In this document: positions 40,380 through 54,800 of the stretch, in pieces
Layout of the letters: the number at the start of each line of letters is the position of its first letter
Position numbering within the stretch: the first letter of the stretch is position 1
NCBI GenBank assembly: GCA_964247055.1
Contig: OZ176050.1
Span: 11,160,001-11,224,000, forward strand
Direction of reading: 5' to 3'
Length of the DNA stretch: 64,000 nucleotides
From: Paragordius varius
Lineage: Eukaryota; Animalia; Nematomorpha
Made by a program: the position numbers and the translations under genes
The notes under the pieces: model-generated
Told to the model about the DNA's origin: nothing
What the model saw: only the letters and a program-made list of their open reading frames with translations
Database searches by the model: none

Positions 40380-41047
40380 TAGTGTACACAAAAAATATCC
40401 TGACGAAATATATAAATTCTAATACGATTATATTAGGATTATCATGGTGCTTTGGTTATGGCCCTTACTAGTGAATCAAAAATGTTATGTACACTTATGT
40501 GGTAAATATAAAAAAATGAAAATTTTAGCACTTTTTTTAAATAATTTTTTTTTGATGAAAGCTGAATGCTTCATTTAAAAAAATATCACTGAAATATATC
40601 AATCACATAAAAAAAAGAAAATAATATTTTTAAAAAATTTAATTTATAGACGTGGGCTCCGAAAGTCCCAAAGCTTTCCGCTCTTTTAAAATGGGCTAGT
40701 TCTCTTGGAAGTGCAGATATTCTGATATTTCATAATAAAATTTTTAAATATATGTTAAATTTTGATAAAAAAATTCATGTTTTGTCCAAATATTATTTTT
40801 CTATTTATGTTTAGTTTATGATGTATTTTAGTATCATTTTTTGAAATCAAGCAATTAGCTTTCACCAAAAAATTTTTTTAAAAAATGTGCGCAAATCATA
40901 TGGAGCACTTAAAACAAAAGTATAACTTCCTTAAATCACTCGTAAGGGCCAAAACCAAAAGCACCATGATAATCCTAATACATTTTCCTATCTGAATTTA
41001 AATATTTCATCAGGATAGTTTTTATACCCCCCGATTTCGTACACTGG
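40380..41047. mobile_element. Long-armed foldback/MITE-like element between GPCR and POLR1A
   Basis: AGTGTAC...ATTAGGATTATCATGGTGCTTTGGTTATGGCCCTTACTAGTGA is mirrored by TCACTCGTAAGGGCCAAAACCAAAAGCACCATGATAATCCTAAT...GTACACT; pairing continues inward for ~250 bp. TSD not clear. Confidence 0.75.
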
Positions 41048-42366
41048 GGATATGCAATATATAAAGTTTACCCAATATATTGTAAAAAATGATTAATAAT
41101 TTTTTTGATAATTGTACCTAAGAGGAAGTAGCGTATAAAGTTTACAAAACCCCCATATATATTATGACTTTTTGCGTACAATTCAATACAGGAAAAACCT
41201 TCCATCGACTCAGTTACCGATAAGGAATTTTTATGCCTAAAAGCCGGTATCAAAAGCCAAAATGGCTATGTACTTCGCTGATTAGTATTAAGAATAAAAT
41301 TAAGTGCGATAAGATTTTTTAGCCATTACAAACATATGATTTAATATAATTGATTTTTATTAAGCTTTGCGCACAATTGGTTGTTTTTTCAATGAAATTT
41401 CTTTATATTTCTTCTATAACGTAATTATATTTTTGTGAGTTAAATTTTTAAAATTAATACTCCAAACCAGGACCCGGTTGAAAAAATTTGAGCTTGGAAA
41501 CGAGACTGGGTTGGGATCTCAAAGTTCCGAAAATAGAACCAAGGTGGGCCCCGAAAATTTGGAGCCAGAATCAAATAATTTTCACAAAAGTAAGAAACTA
41601 GGTTAGTTCCAACCCATATGAACCGGTTTCCGCTTAATACTCAACACCCAGGTTTCGGTTCTAGCCTAGCTTAAAATTAATATTTTTTAAATAATACCAT
41701 ATTACTCAATCCCTGTATAAAGGTAATTTTTAAAGAATAGAATCTAGAACGAAATAAACACTAAAGTTGATAAACAAAGGGTTTTAATTGTATTAGTACA
41801 ATATCACATTTTTAAGAGAGCAGAAATATCATAAAAGGCAAAAAGGGTATAATAACACCTCTACTCGCCTTAATGGAAAAAAACAATTAGGAGAAAACTT
41901 CCTGTAAACGAGACTCTTATATTGACGTAAAAACATCTCAAAAGGTATTATACCATAAAATTCGCCATATATGATAAATTTTATTCACATTACTAAATTT
42001 TTTTTAAAAAAAACTAAAAAGTTATAAAGTATATTGTTTTAAACTTTAGCTCATAATTTTGGAAATGTTTATATTTATGCGTGTTATTATGGACATATCG
42101 GATAAAATGCATCGCTAGGAAAATAGTGAATACATTATATGTTAATTATATAAAACATGTAGAATGTGGTATGTAAAACTCAAATGGTAAATTTAAACAG
42201 AGAGATTCTATTGAAAATTGTAAAATTAATAGAAATTGATATGGTTCCATATTACCCCAAAAATATAATTATTCGTAAATAAATTAAATACAGAGAGATT
42301 TTATTTATTTATATGTAAAATTTTTTAAAATATATAATTTCACTACATATATATCTATATATAATT

Positions 42367-45300
42367 TTATAGAGCAATATTTTGGAATAAATCAAAACAT
42401 CCAGTTCCGGCTTTTATTTGATTCCCAATGACTAGATTGGCAGATGGATTTTCAAGATTATCTGTTAGTCCTAAAACATAATATTGCACAAAAGGCAGGC
42501 ATTAATTAAATTCCGAATATATTGTTGTTTTATAAAAATGTTTCATTGTTTTTAACATTTATAAATAAAAAATGCCAAAAAAAACCTTTGGCAAAAGCAT
42601 CAAGCAAAAATAGCGTGGTAGATTCAAATGACATTTTAAGCAGTGGTGATGTATTTGTGCTTGCGAGTGTGAAACGATTAAATCCTTTGTAAGATCCACT
42701 AGCTGTCATCGCATCAGCCAGCAGGGAAAGATGCCGATAATCCACATTTATACCATAAACGGAAAAAACATTTTTGACTTCCTGAGACAAAAAATGGAAA
42801 ATTAGTTAAACTTTAATGCTAAGAAACCGCATCCCTAAATAATCAAATGGGAAAACAATATTTGAAAAATAAGCCTCTCTAAATTTGCTATAAAAAAATT
42901 AAAGGTGCGATTAAAATTAATTTTGGTCACTACATCGTAGAATATTTTTGCGGGATATTATCTTTTTTTACAAAATAAAGGACAATTATTCTTATTTAAT
43001 AAAAAACAAATTTGGGCAAGCAAAATTTATTGGGATATAAAAGTTTGGTTATAATCATTAATATATTAAAAGTTATAACAATTTTATTTTTAAAAATTAA
43101 TTTTTAAAAGCAATATCATGCATACATTTCTGTAAAAACAAAAATTTTTTTAACCTTTATAATGGCATTGCGACAAGCTTCAATCCCATATATTTCGTGG
43201 ACTTTATGCAAATCATTGGTGTGTAATTTATTGAGATCCAAAATGTTACCATATTTAAACAACTCCTATGATAAAACATTTATAGACATATTCAACAAAT
43301 TTTTTAAAATTAAAATCTTAGATATATTTGGCTAGAGCATACATAATTTATTATAATTACCGTTAAATTTGTCCCTTCAATATTTATAACTTTCTGTCCA
43401 TCCTTATCCGCCAAATTAGAAGCATAAATTCCAGGTAATTCGTATACATTATTGTTTTGACATTCTTTAAACAATAAGGCCTCAATATCTATTTTGTTTT
43501 CTGATAACGGTGTCTATATACATGAATAATATATATAAATGTAATAAAAAAATTAAGTTAAAAATAAAATATATTGTTTTAATTACTGACCTGTAGAGTT
43601 ATGCGACATAGCTGATCATTTGCGTTTTTATCGTAAAAAGATTTGGATACGTAATCATCCTTAATCTCCTGCACATTAAACAAATAAAATTTAGATGTTA
43701 AATAGGATTGATTTTTCAAAGTAATATACAATGTAATTTATCTTTAATCATAGATAAAATGGTAAAAATTCAATGTATTACTTTTATATCCAAAATAATA
43801 TTTTAATTATCGTCAATTTACACACATGGCCATTAAAGTTATGCATAACCAAAGAATTTTTTAAGAAAACTAATTTTACATTTTTTTTAACTGTTTAAAT
43901 AAATTTCTAAAATAATTTCCATGTTTGCATTATATAAAAAAACCATTTTTGGATCCTTTTTTGATTTGGTTTCTTGTTCTGTGGCATCGCCGCTTATGAC
44001 CCCCGAAGTTACAGAAGACGATCTAACCCTATTATTCACATCGTCGGTTTCTTCGTCAAAACCTATAATATTTTACATAGTATGATATAAATTAGAATAA
44101 TATGAAATCTATAAACTATAAAAAATACAAAAGTTGATTTAATTTAATATAGAAATATTTTCAAGCACTACATATATCATAAGTAGTGTGGCATGAGAAT
44201 ATAAGATATATAAGGGAAAAAGATATGTATGTGGATGTACGTAAATTGTTTAACAAATTAAAGACAGATTCGTATATACAAAGAAAAGGAATTGCATGCC
44301 ATAATAATAATCATAAAAACTAATCCTTACAATCCTAAATTTATTCCAATAATATTTTAAAAAACAATTTTTATAAAATTATGTTAGAATAATTAAATTT
44401 TATGGGCATATTATAAAATTAAAATTAGGCTGGTTCAATTAGATTAAAATACATTTTGGTATGCAGTTATCAAATTATTGATATAATAGCACATAATAAA
44501 TAACGCTCAAGAAAAAATTAGAAATCAATTATATTTGGTTAACCAAAAGCATAGTGATGCAGTAATTTAGGCGTGACGAAGATGTGCATACTAATTTAAA
44601 ACTCCAAAAATTAGCCCTTTTATTAAACAACCTAAACAAGCAAACAAATATTAAATCCAATCGTATAATCCATACGGGTCGGTGTCCGTAAAATAAAAAA
44701 ATACCATGAATACACATTTTTTATTATTTTTCATTGATCCGGAGAGCAAGCAAATGTTATAATCTTAATGGATCTCATAATGATACAATATATCATTTAC
44801 AAATTTACCATTGAACAATTCAAATTCACCCTAAAAATAAATTATGTGTTTTCAAACTAATATAACTCATTATTAAAATAAAATATATCTTTATGGTATA
44901 GTTTAATATTTTTTCAGTATTTATTTAATTTAAAATAAAATTTTATTTTTTAAAAATATAGGTAATTTTAATTTTAAAAAACATATAATTTATTTGAGGG
45001 TGAATTTGAATTGGAAATGGTATATATCTTACCTTAATAAAAAGTAAAAAAAAGAAAAAGGTAGACTATGAATTTCGCTCTCAGACCTTATTGCCTTTAT
45101 ATAAAAAAATGTATCAAACTATTCAATAATTTCGCTTAAATAAGTATTTTTTCAAAAGATTTCTAACCTATTTGATCATCATCATAATCGGTGAGAGAAT
45201 CTTGATCGTCTTCTTGTTCCTTTTTTATGGATCTCACATTTTCTCCATCAATAGAACTGTTGTCACCTTCATTACCCATTTCTCCGTCCTGTGTTGTATT

Positions 45301-48300
45301 AGCATTATTGCTGGACTTTGATTTCTTTCGACTCCCTAAGATATAATAATCATGTATGCATGTGTTTGCGTTTGAGAATTTAAGGAAAAAAAATTGTAAA
45401 TTTTCGTAGACTATAAGTGAACGTTTCAAAAAAGTGAATTAATATTTTCTTGTAAACGATTATTGCTGACTTACCATTTCATCAAATTATAATCAAGTGC
45501 AAATAATATGCAATATAACATTAATGATAGATATAAATTAGAAATAATGTGTGTAATATTGATTAAAAGTTAAAACCATTTGGAGTGGTTAGCGTTCGCT
45601 TGGATTTCCCTTTTAATTTTGTATCAGTTTCCGAATTATCCAAATTTGTGTTAGTAAAGAGATTTAAATCGTCAGTAATATATCCTTCTGATTGTGATGG
45701 CCCTGGTAAACATATATAAAATAAATTATTTTTTTGTCTTAAACTCAAAATAGAAAACTATTGATGAAAAAACTTATGAAAAGCAGTATTTAATAACAAT
45801 GGTTTAAAATTATTACTCATAATAAACCTAATTCAAAGACAGAAAACAAAACTTATTTTTCTCTTTTCACATTATATATTATTTTTTTATTCATATTAAA
45901 AATAGTTTTTCCTACCAATTTTTTTAAGTTTCAGAAAAAAATTGCCAAGGGGAAAAATAAAATCGTAGTGGCATAGTAATTATGGCATCGAACTCGTATA
46001 CTGCACGTGTTAGAGTTCATGCAAAAACACATGTATTATTTTACTATGCCCCTTGGACATGCGATTGATTCATTTTCACAATCTTAATCCTTATACGTTA
46101 TATGAAAATTAAATGGGGAAAGATATCGTACACTGCATAGAACATCACCCAGATTTGTGAAACACAGAAATAAAATAGACAGTTTAGAGCCCTTTTTGAT
46201 AAAGGGTAAAATAGGCTAAACTAGTTATTAAACAAAATCCATGATAACTTTATTTGCTTGCGCACAAATGACAGTTATAATCCAAAATTGATACATTATA
46301 TTGCAAAAATCACGAGCTAAGTACCATAATCACTTTATCAGATATTCAACAATAATTAAGTTATAAAATGAATCAAACTTAATGCATCCTCATCATCATC
46401 CGTAGTTAAAGCACCAGAAGTAAATCCTTTAGAAGTAACCCTTGTACCTCCGCCCCAATCACTAGTCTCACCCTCGGTCCCAGTATTTTGGCCATTTTGA
46501 TTGTAAAGTCGATTTCGTTTTTTGAAACTATCATCATCTAAATCACTGATATCACTATTTTCATTTCCTGGTTCCTCATTATCGGATGAATCCATAGAAT
46601 CTCTAACACCATGGTTATTTGAGGCTGAAGCACGTTTTTTATTGGCATTTTTAATTTCTTGTTCCAAGCGAGTTTCAGAACCTTCATTGGTATCGTCACC
46701 ATCATCATCAGCTCCATTTTCGTTATTCCCTTTTTTACTTGATGCTAATTATAATAAATGATAAAACATTTATGAATTGACTCACAAATTTCAAATAAAA
46801 TCATGATTGTAATTGTAAAAATAAACATGAAAAGTAAAAAAAACAAAAAAGCTTTATGAAAAAAGCGAATTATATAGAGAGAATTTTATATAATAAATAA
46901 TAGTGTAAATTGGCCACTGAATTTCTAAATTGTAATCATATGAATTATTTAAAAATCAATTATTAAAAATTAAAACATCCTTTAAGCTATATGTTTTGTT
47001 TAAAATTTAAATTTCCTGTATTAATTGACCACAATAAAAAAATGAAACAATTAATATTGTTTTCTAAAAGAAAAATAAAAAGGTATCGTATAATAATGGT
47101 AAAAATGAGCATAAAAGTAAAATGTATGATTTGAAACTGTATAAATAAAATGCATACATTTAGCAAGAGGATCAATCATCATTCGTCTCCGAATTTCAAA
47201 CAATCTAAATTAAACATCAAAACAAAAGATACATTGACTAAAAATAAAAAATGTTCAAATTTTTACGCCTTAAAGCAATTTAAATGTTTTATAAAATTGT
47301 ATCTTACACTAACTTGATACAAAAAAATCAATAAAAACATTTAAGTTTAAATTCTCAAAAACTCTATACTTGAAGGTATTCAAAAAGACATCTTCTTTCT
47401 TTATGGCTTTGACCAATTTGAGTTCCAAGTTACGTAATATACTTTGGGCAACAATATCCAACATCTTTTTCGATAATTTCTTATACAGTTTATATTGTTT
47501 GTCATGTTTTGTATCGTGGTAATTATTATTGCTACCATATTTTTCCTCTAATTGGGATAAATCAATGGATAGTTTTGAGTGGTGTGGCAATAAATATATC
47601 AAATCTCGTGGAGATAGGATATGAAAATCGATATCGTATATCCAAAATAAGCGTCTAAAATCATTTGTAAAAATATTTTTTAAAATTAATATAAAATATT
47701 TTCGGTTAATGTTGTGGAAATTAAGGCGTATTATTTTTCTTACCTTCGTCCTTTAGTATCAAATCCGGCTTCTATTTTTTCACGAATGTTTACTTTCTCC
47801 AAAACCTAATTATGAAAGCATAAAAATTATTTTAAAAATTCATATAGGGTATACATTTTAATGGTTGCTTATTTCACACTATAGTTGGGCAACGTGCAAC
47901 ACAGTAGTACATGGGAAAAAACAATAAAATATTGAACAAAGTATTGTTAGAAAATTATTTTGTTGTTTTTTCCATACACTACTGTGTTGCAAATTGGCCA
48001 ACTATAGTGTGAAATAAACAACCATCAAAATTCATACTTGTAATATACCATTTACAGTTCAAATTCACCCTTGAACAATTCAAATTCACCCTCGAACAAT
48101 TCAAATTCACCCTAAAAATAAATTATGTGTTTTCGAACTAATATAACTCATTATTAATATAAAATATATCTTTATGGCATAATTAATTATTTTTTTCGGT
48201 ATTATTTTAATTTAAAACAAAATTTTATTTTTTAAAAATATATTAAAATATAGGTAATTTTTAATCTTAAAAAACATGTTATTTATTTAAGGGTGAATTT

Positions 48301-51300
48301 GAATTGTTCGAGGGTGAATTTGAATTGTTCAAGGGTGAATTTGAATTGTTTAAAGGTGAATTTGAATTGTAAATGGTATATCTAATAAATATATAGTTTT
48401 AGACTGTAAAAAAAGTTACTTTGCTGAAAGCGACACGGCTGAATATTAATTGAAGATTTTGGCCTATCACAGACATAATGTCATTATCCATATATTTGAG
48501 AAATTGGACATTTTCATTTTCTAAAATAATAAACATTTATGTAAATATTTAGTACATTGAAGAGATCGCTTATGTTTTTTATAAATCATTTAGGTTCTGT
48601 GCTACGTTGTAAATTTCCTACAATAACTGTAAATAAAAGTTGATATGAAAAATCATTAATCAAAAATTAATTTGTGATTATTAACAGTCAACAGCTCTCC
48701 ACAATGATTTAACATGAAGTTTCAATTATAAATTTAGCATATATAGTCAAATATGTCGTATTATAAATACAGTGCGTAATACAAAATAAATAGATTTTAT
48801 ATAAATCATAGTTTATATACATCATCCAGATTTTAACCTAGACTACCGTATAACTACGCAATTCTTGAAAATCATTAAAAAAACAGTCTTTACAATTAAT
48901 ATATATAAAATTGAATTGAATTTCACCGTAAAACTATATAATATATACATATAATGGGAAGTGAGACACTCTTATAATACTGATTTGCATTTTATTAACA
49001 CACTCATTAGCACGGTAAACTATTATGTTTACCATTGATTCCGACAATATCCAACTTAGAATTTTGAATATAAAAAAAAGTCGGTAATAGGCAATATATG
49101 TCACAAATATGATTTTTATTGATATAAAAAATACGGGAAAAATATGTTTGGGCCTTTTCTTTATCGATGGGTACACTCATAAAAGGTGTTTTCTGATCTC
49201 GCGTAGCTCTCATAAGAAGTTCACACAGACGAGGTATACCCAACGTAACATTCATTTCCCCTCGGCCAGCAAAATGAAATGTGTTAAGGGTCATTTGAGT
49301 CGATGGTTCTCCAATACTCTAATTTATTATTATTAAATATGTTTTTAACATTTATATATATAAAACATGAGATATAATTCAAAATGACCCTATAAAAAGT
49401 AAGGTGTTAGAAATATAATACTCCCTGGTCAAACCTTATTTTATGCGATAAAGGATGTGTGTATTAAAAAAGAAAAAAAAATGTTTGATGTATAAAACTG
49501 TCTTTTATAATTATCGGGTGGTTTAATAATATATAAAATATGGTTGCATATGGATGAATAAATAGACTATAAAGAAATGAAAAGTTAAATATTTTAATTA
49601 CACATAACATAAATAGTATTATACATTGTTAGCGAATAATAAATATATTGACTTAAAATTTATCGATATAGATATTTAAATATTGTTAAAGATTAGGATA
49701 ATAATCATCTTTTGGTAATGAATAGGAAGACCCGGTTTTTACCTTTTTAAATTTTTTTTCAATCTGTTCAATGAGATTAACGCGCATAAATTAATAAAAA
49801 AAATATTTTTTAATTATTTCTATGAAAAAACATGTCATTTTTATAGATTTATAAAAAAGACTTTTTTAATTTTCAATCATTTTAGGGCCAAGATTAAGAG
49901 TGTTACTTTTTAAAACATAACATTTTTGGTATATTTTTGCGGCCCTTATATTTTACAAAAAAGTTTAACTGCATATTACAAAGGATTATCTCATGAAATT
50001 ATAAAACATATTACCTGAGCGGCTAATAAACCAACCGCTTCTCCTGGTGAGGCTGAACATATATTGTTTTTAAGGCGAAAATATTTTTTGATATCCCTGA
50101 ATTGGGCAGGGAAATCACGGGCGTCATATTGTAATTGTTGAGAGTTTGGGCTATGTTGCGTTTGTGAATAATTTTCTACAATTTTTCCCATAAATTTTTC
50201 GGAAATAGGAACAATTTTTCCGCTAAAATAATGTAAGATATAAACTTGTATTCCACAAAAATTTTAAACTATTTTATTTTTATAAGATTATTGCTAAATA
50301 TACATACATATCAATTGATACAATGATTATCAAAAATCTATTCTATTCTATCATAGTTAACTCAATGAAAGAACCTAAATAATAAATTAGGCGTGTATCT
50401 CATACTTTTTTAATGCCATTTTCTTGTACGCTTTATTGATGGGAAAAATGGCAGTATTGGCTAAAAGGAAATCAGTTTGTGCCTTTTTAGTTAAATATTG
50501 ACATTTCACAACTTCCAAACCATCTTCCCCGTAAAGAAACTATTATTAAGGGTAAAAATCAAAATTATAAGACATAACATTTAAAAGTAAACGATTAATA
50601 TTTTATATAAAAAAACATATTTTTAATCCGTGATTTTATCTTTATAACATAAATTATTACATATGAGGTATTATGAGCATTTATTTCCTTAGCATGCCCA
50701 AAACAGTAGGTTATGTAAAAAAATATGGTAAATATGGTTTATAAAAAAATATAAATTTTAGGCTGTTTATGTTGTTCTTAAAATTTTGAATTTTAACGTA
50801 ATAAAAAACTGTTTCTGTATTAAAAAATTATAAATAATCTCTCCAAAACTTGTAAAAGCGATCCATCTGCATCCCGAACAGTATTGTCATAATTGACTGT
50901 TACGCCTTCAAGTTGTTTAATTAGACATCTTTGTAGGTAACCGGAATGACTAGTTTTGACTGCGGTATCAATCAGACCCTTACAATATGTTAAACAATTA
51001 AATTATAATTGAATAAAGTAAATTTTAAAATAGGGTTTGATATTGAGGAAATTTAATATAACGCTTCCCTTAAGTGTGAATGAAATTGGCAATATTATAA
51101 AAATATTTATTATTTATCAGATTTTTCCCTTAGTAAATTTAATAATCCTTTAAAATGAGTTCTAGTAACTGGGCCTAAAGAATTTAATCTAAGCGATAAA
51201 TCTTTTATAAAAGGTGTATATTTTGTAGTTATAAAAAATGAACAATTGAATTTTTTTAAATGTTTTTAACATTCCGTTAAAAATAAAATCAATATTTAAA

Positions 51301-51829
51301 CAAAGGTAGTGTATATTGAGCTCTATATTTTCCGAAAATTTTTTTAAGATGTAATATCTAAAATAAAATGTTGTAAAAACATACCTCCCGGCCTGCCATA
51401 CAATGGAAAAAATAATCGGGTGGTTTTAAACCCGTTAAGAATCGATATGGTATAAATCCTCGACTCCGGGGATGTTCATCAAAAGCCACAAAAGAGGGCA
51501 GCGAGCGCCCTGAAGCCATCACGGGCGGTCGCTTGCCCTCCAATTCAATTTGACCCAGGGCACAACAAATTTGCATGCAATTAACCTACAGACAAAGCGC
51601 AAGTATTTAATTAAACATTTATTTTAACCAACGATATCATATTTATTTAAAAATTATTTTGCTAATATAAATATACAGGTATAATTTTGAATTGAACTAA
51701 TGTTTATTATGCTTATTAATTAAAATGCTTAAAAAATTAACAAAGTTTTAAAAGATAAATAAAATAACTGTATTATGTATTGTTTGAATTATATAATTTT
51801 AAAACTATTTGCTGTATAGGGATCATTAA

Positions 51830-51863
<34 letters not shown>

Positions 51864-54800
51864 AATAAATGTTTGAATAATTTTTTGTCAGTAATATGGG
51901 GTTTGATCAATTTGTAAGTCATAAAAGAAAAGAATAATGCATTATTGATAAATATTACTTTCATTTTATTTATTTGAGTATATAAATTAACAAATCATTA
52001 TTTTAATTATATTATTTAAGATAATTTACCAAGGTTCCCTTAGCTCCAGAGTTTACCATTAGAATGAGATTATTTTTAGGGAAGGAACGAATCAATCCAT
52101 TACCCATTATGTTACTATAAAAAACACATATCATTTATGTTCAAAATGTAGTTATAATTTAAATGGATATAAATTTAAAACTAATGTATGATGCGTTTAA
52201 ATAGGAAACTAAAGTTTTTGGTATTATAAAAATAAAATGTTAGAGTCTTAATTATAAAACTATTGATGGAATCAAAATTGTTATAAGGTTATGATTGGAA
52301 AAACAATAAAAATTATAAACAATATTATGAGGTTTGAACAGTACACGATTCTGCAACTATATAATTGTACCTAAAAAATATATATGCTCATATTAATAAA
52401 GGAGTAAAAAATTTAAATGACATGCCATATTTTAAAAAATATTTTGACCAATTTAAAAAAAACAATACTCAGTAATCTGATTATTGGTTTGATTCACAGT
52501 TTGTTTGCATTTAATTTCCCATTCGGCAAGTTTGTATTGATCCCTATCATAAAATGCTTGTTTCCAATTATCGTGTGCTAAATCATGATTACTGCTTTGA
52601 TCGTTTTGATTTTGATTACCGAAAATTTCTTTTACCAATGACGGTGCCAGAGTTTTAAACATTTTTATCGATTTGCTACGCTTTTTATCAGCCTGTATAT
52701 ATTTTTACCAATTTTTTGACAAAAATAGAAGATTGTTACAGTAACTAGGTTTAAAAAACAAAAACGAAAAAAAAAATTGGAAGAAAGTGATATTTTACTA
52801 TAAAGAAATTTTTTTAATCCTTATTTTTTCGTTAAATACATCATTAAAATTAAACATACCAAAATACAATATGTTAACCAATTTGTATCATTGATCCATA
52901 TTTTACATCGCAAAACGACAGCTTATATAAAAGCAAAATATGGAATTTATAACAAAAAAATTTGTCTTTATTTTTATGTTTTGTTTCTATGATGGTTCAT
53001 TCACTAAATATAATATGCAAGCATAAAACCTTTTCTTTGACCAGCAAATCACGTATACCCAAAGAAAATCCATAAATTTGAAGGAATGACGTGAATAATT
53101 TGCCAAGAGCCGTAAGCAAATTTGAAGCTATTTGACCTCCCAAAAGTTCTTGACAGCAATGGACCTTATTTGTTCAATTATAATATAAATGTTAGCAAAA
53201 TTTTTTTTTGTATAAATAATACATGAGTTGACTCTTACCTTACGTTTTGTGAAAAAATTTTTGGCCTTTTTTTGAGCAATACAATGTATGCATAAACTAA
53301 AATATGCATACACCTGAGGCGTATTTTACCCATATAAACTAAATTATTATTTTTGATGCGTTAATGCTAATTAGTGAAGATTTTTTGGCAAAAAATGTAT
53401 TGTAATAGCTATTAAAATTTAAAACATGGCTATCTGACAATTCTCCCGCACTTTTTACAAAAATTAAGTTAAATGCCTGCTTAAACCTAATTTACACAAA
53501 TATTTTGCATTATTTAATGTTAGTAGTTGATTACAAATATTTAGTTTAAAAATAATACAATCAATTTTGATGGTGGTAAGTAAAGTTTTCATTTACAACG
53601 AGTAAACTCATACAAACAAATAATAAAATTACTTAAAAAAAACCATAAAATTAATGATTATACCAAGCCGTATGCAGATGCTCCGAAATGTGCTTTATCG
53701 AAAATTCCCTTAACCCAATACCCTTGTCGTATGAGGGCAGAATTTTCACTTAAAAGGCTTTGATAATGTTTATCATTACGTATGATAGAAAGAGTGCTTT
53801 GATTAGTAAATTCATTAATAGCGCTATCATCGAAAACAGCATACATGGATTCACTAACTTTTCCCTTGTCATTACCCATCTTAAACAATCCATAATGTTT
53901 GTGTCCAAGTATATTCAGTAGTATGGTCGATATAATCTATAGATAGATATAAATTGTATAAATTACTTTTATGTATAGAATTTAAATTAACAATACATAA
54001 AGTTAGTTTAAAAAGAAAAACAATTATATCATTGTAATATTCATATATCCATTGACAGGAAGAACTAAAACTTTATTCTAAGATATAATTTAATTTAGAA
54101 TCACATTTATTGCCAAATATTATTTAAAAGATCAACACTCAATTTTCGAATATCCATATTAATTGGTAATACAATACCAAATAAATAAAAAGGCAATTTT
54201 TAGCAACTGCAATATAATTAAAAAATAGCATGGCTATTCGTTTTCTAATCTATTTTCTTTTCCTAAATTAATTAGTAATTATATTTAATAACATTATTTA
54301 TATATAATAGATAACTTATATATTGATAAAATGTCTAAATTAATAATAATGGGAAAAAACATGCCTGTTTTCCAGACCACATTGGATAAGGTTTGATAAT
54401 GCATGGTGGTAAAAATAAAAGTTTGCTCAGCGTTGTGTTCAGCCTATAAGTATAATTAACGAAGAATATAATATTGTCATTTGAGTAAAACATAAAAAAA
54501 AATAGAAAGTATTATAAATACTTAGTAAATTGATCATAATAATTATAATATGTATCGTTTTTTAATGTTAAATTCCAAAAAACACTTTTTATTGATACGT
54601 TACCATATAATTACATTATGACATTAAAAAGATTATCAAAAAATAGTTTATATATATACTTTAAATCGGCCAAAGCCTTACATATCAGAGACATGTAATC
54701 GCGTCGGCAGAAAAATTGTCCTTTTTGCGATAACAAAACGCCAGCTATTAAATGATCTTGAATCAAACCAGTTAAGGGTGTTCCATCTTTGGGTGTCAAA

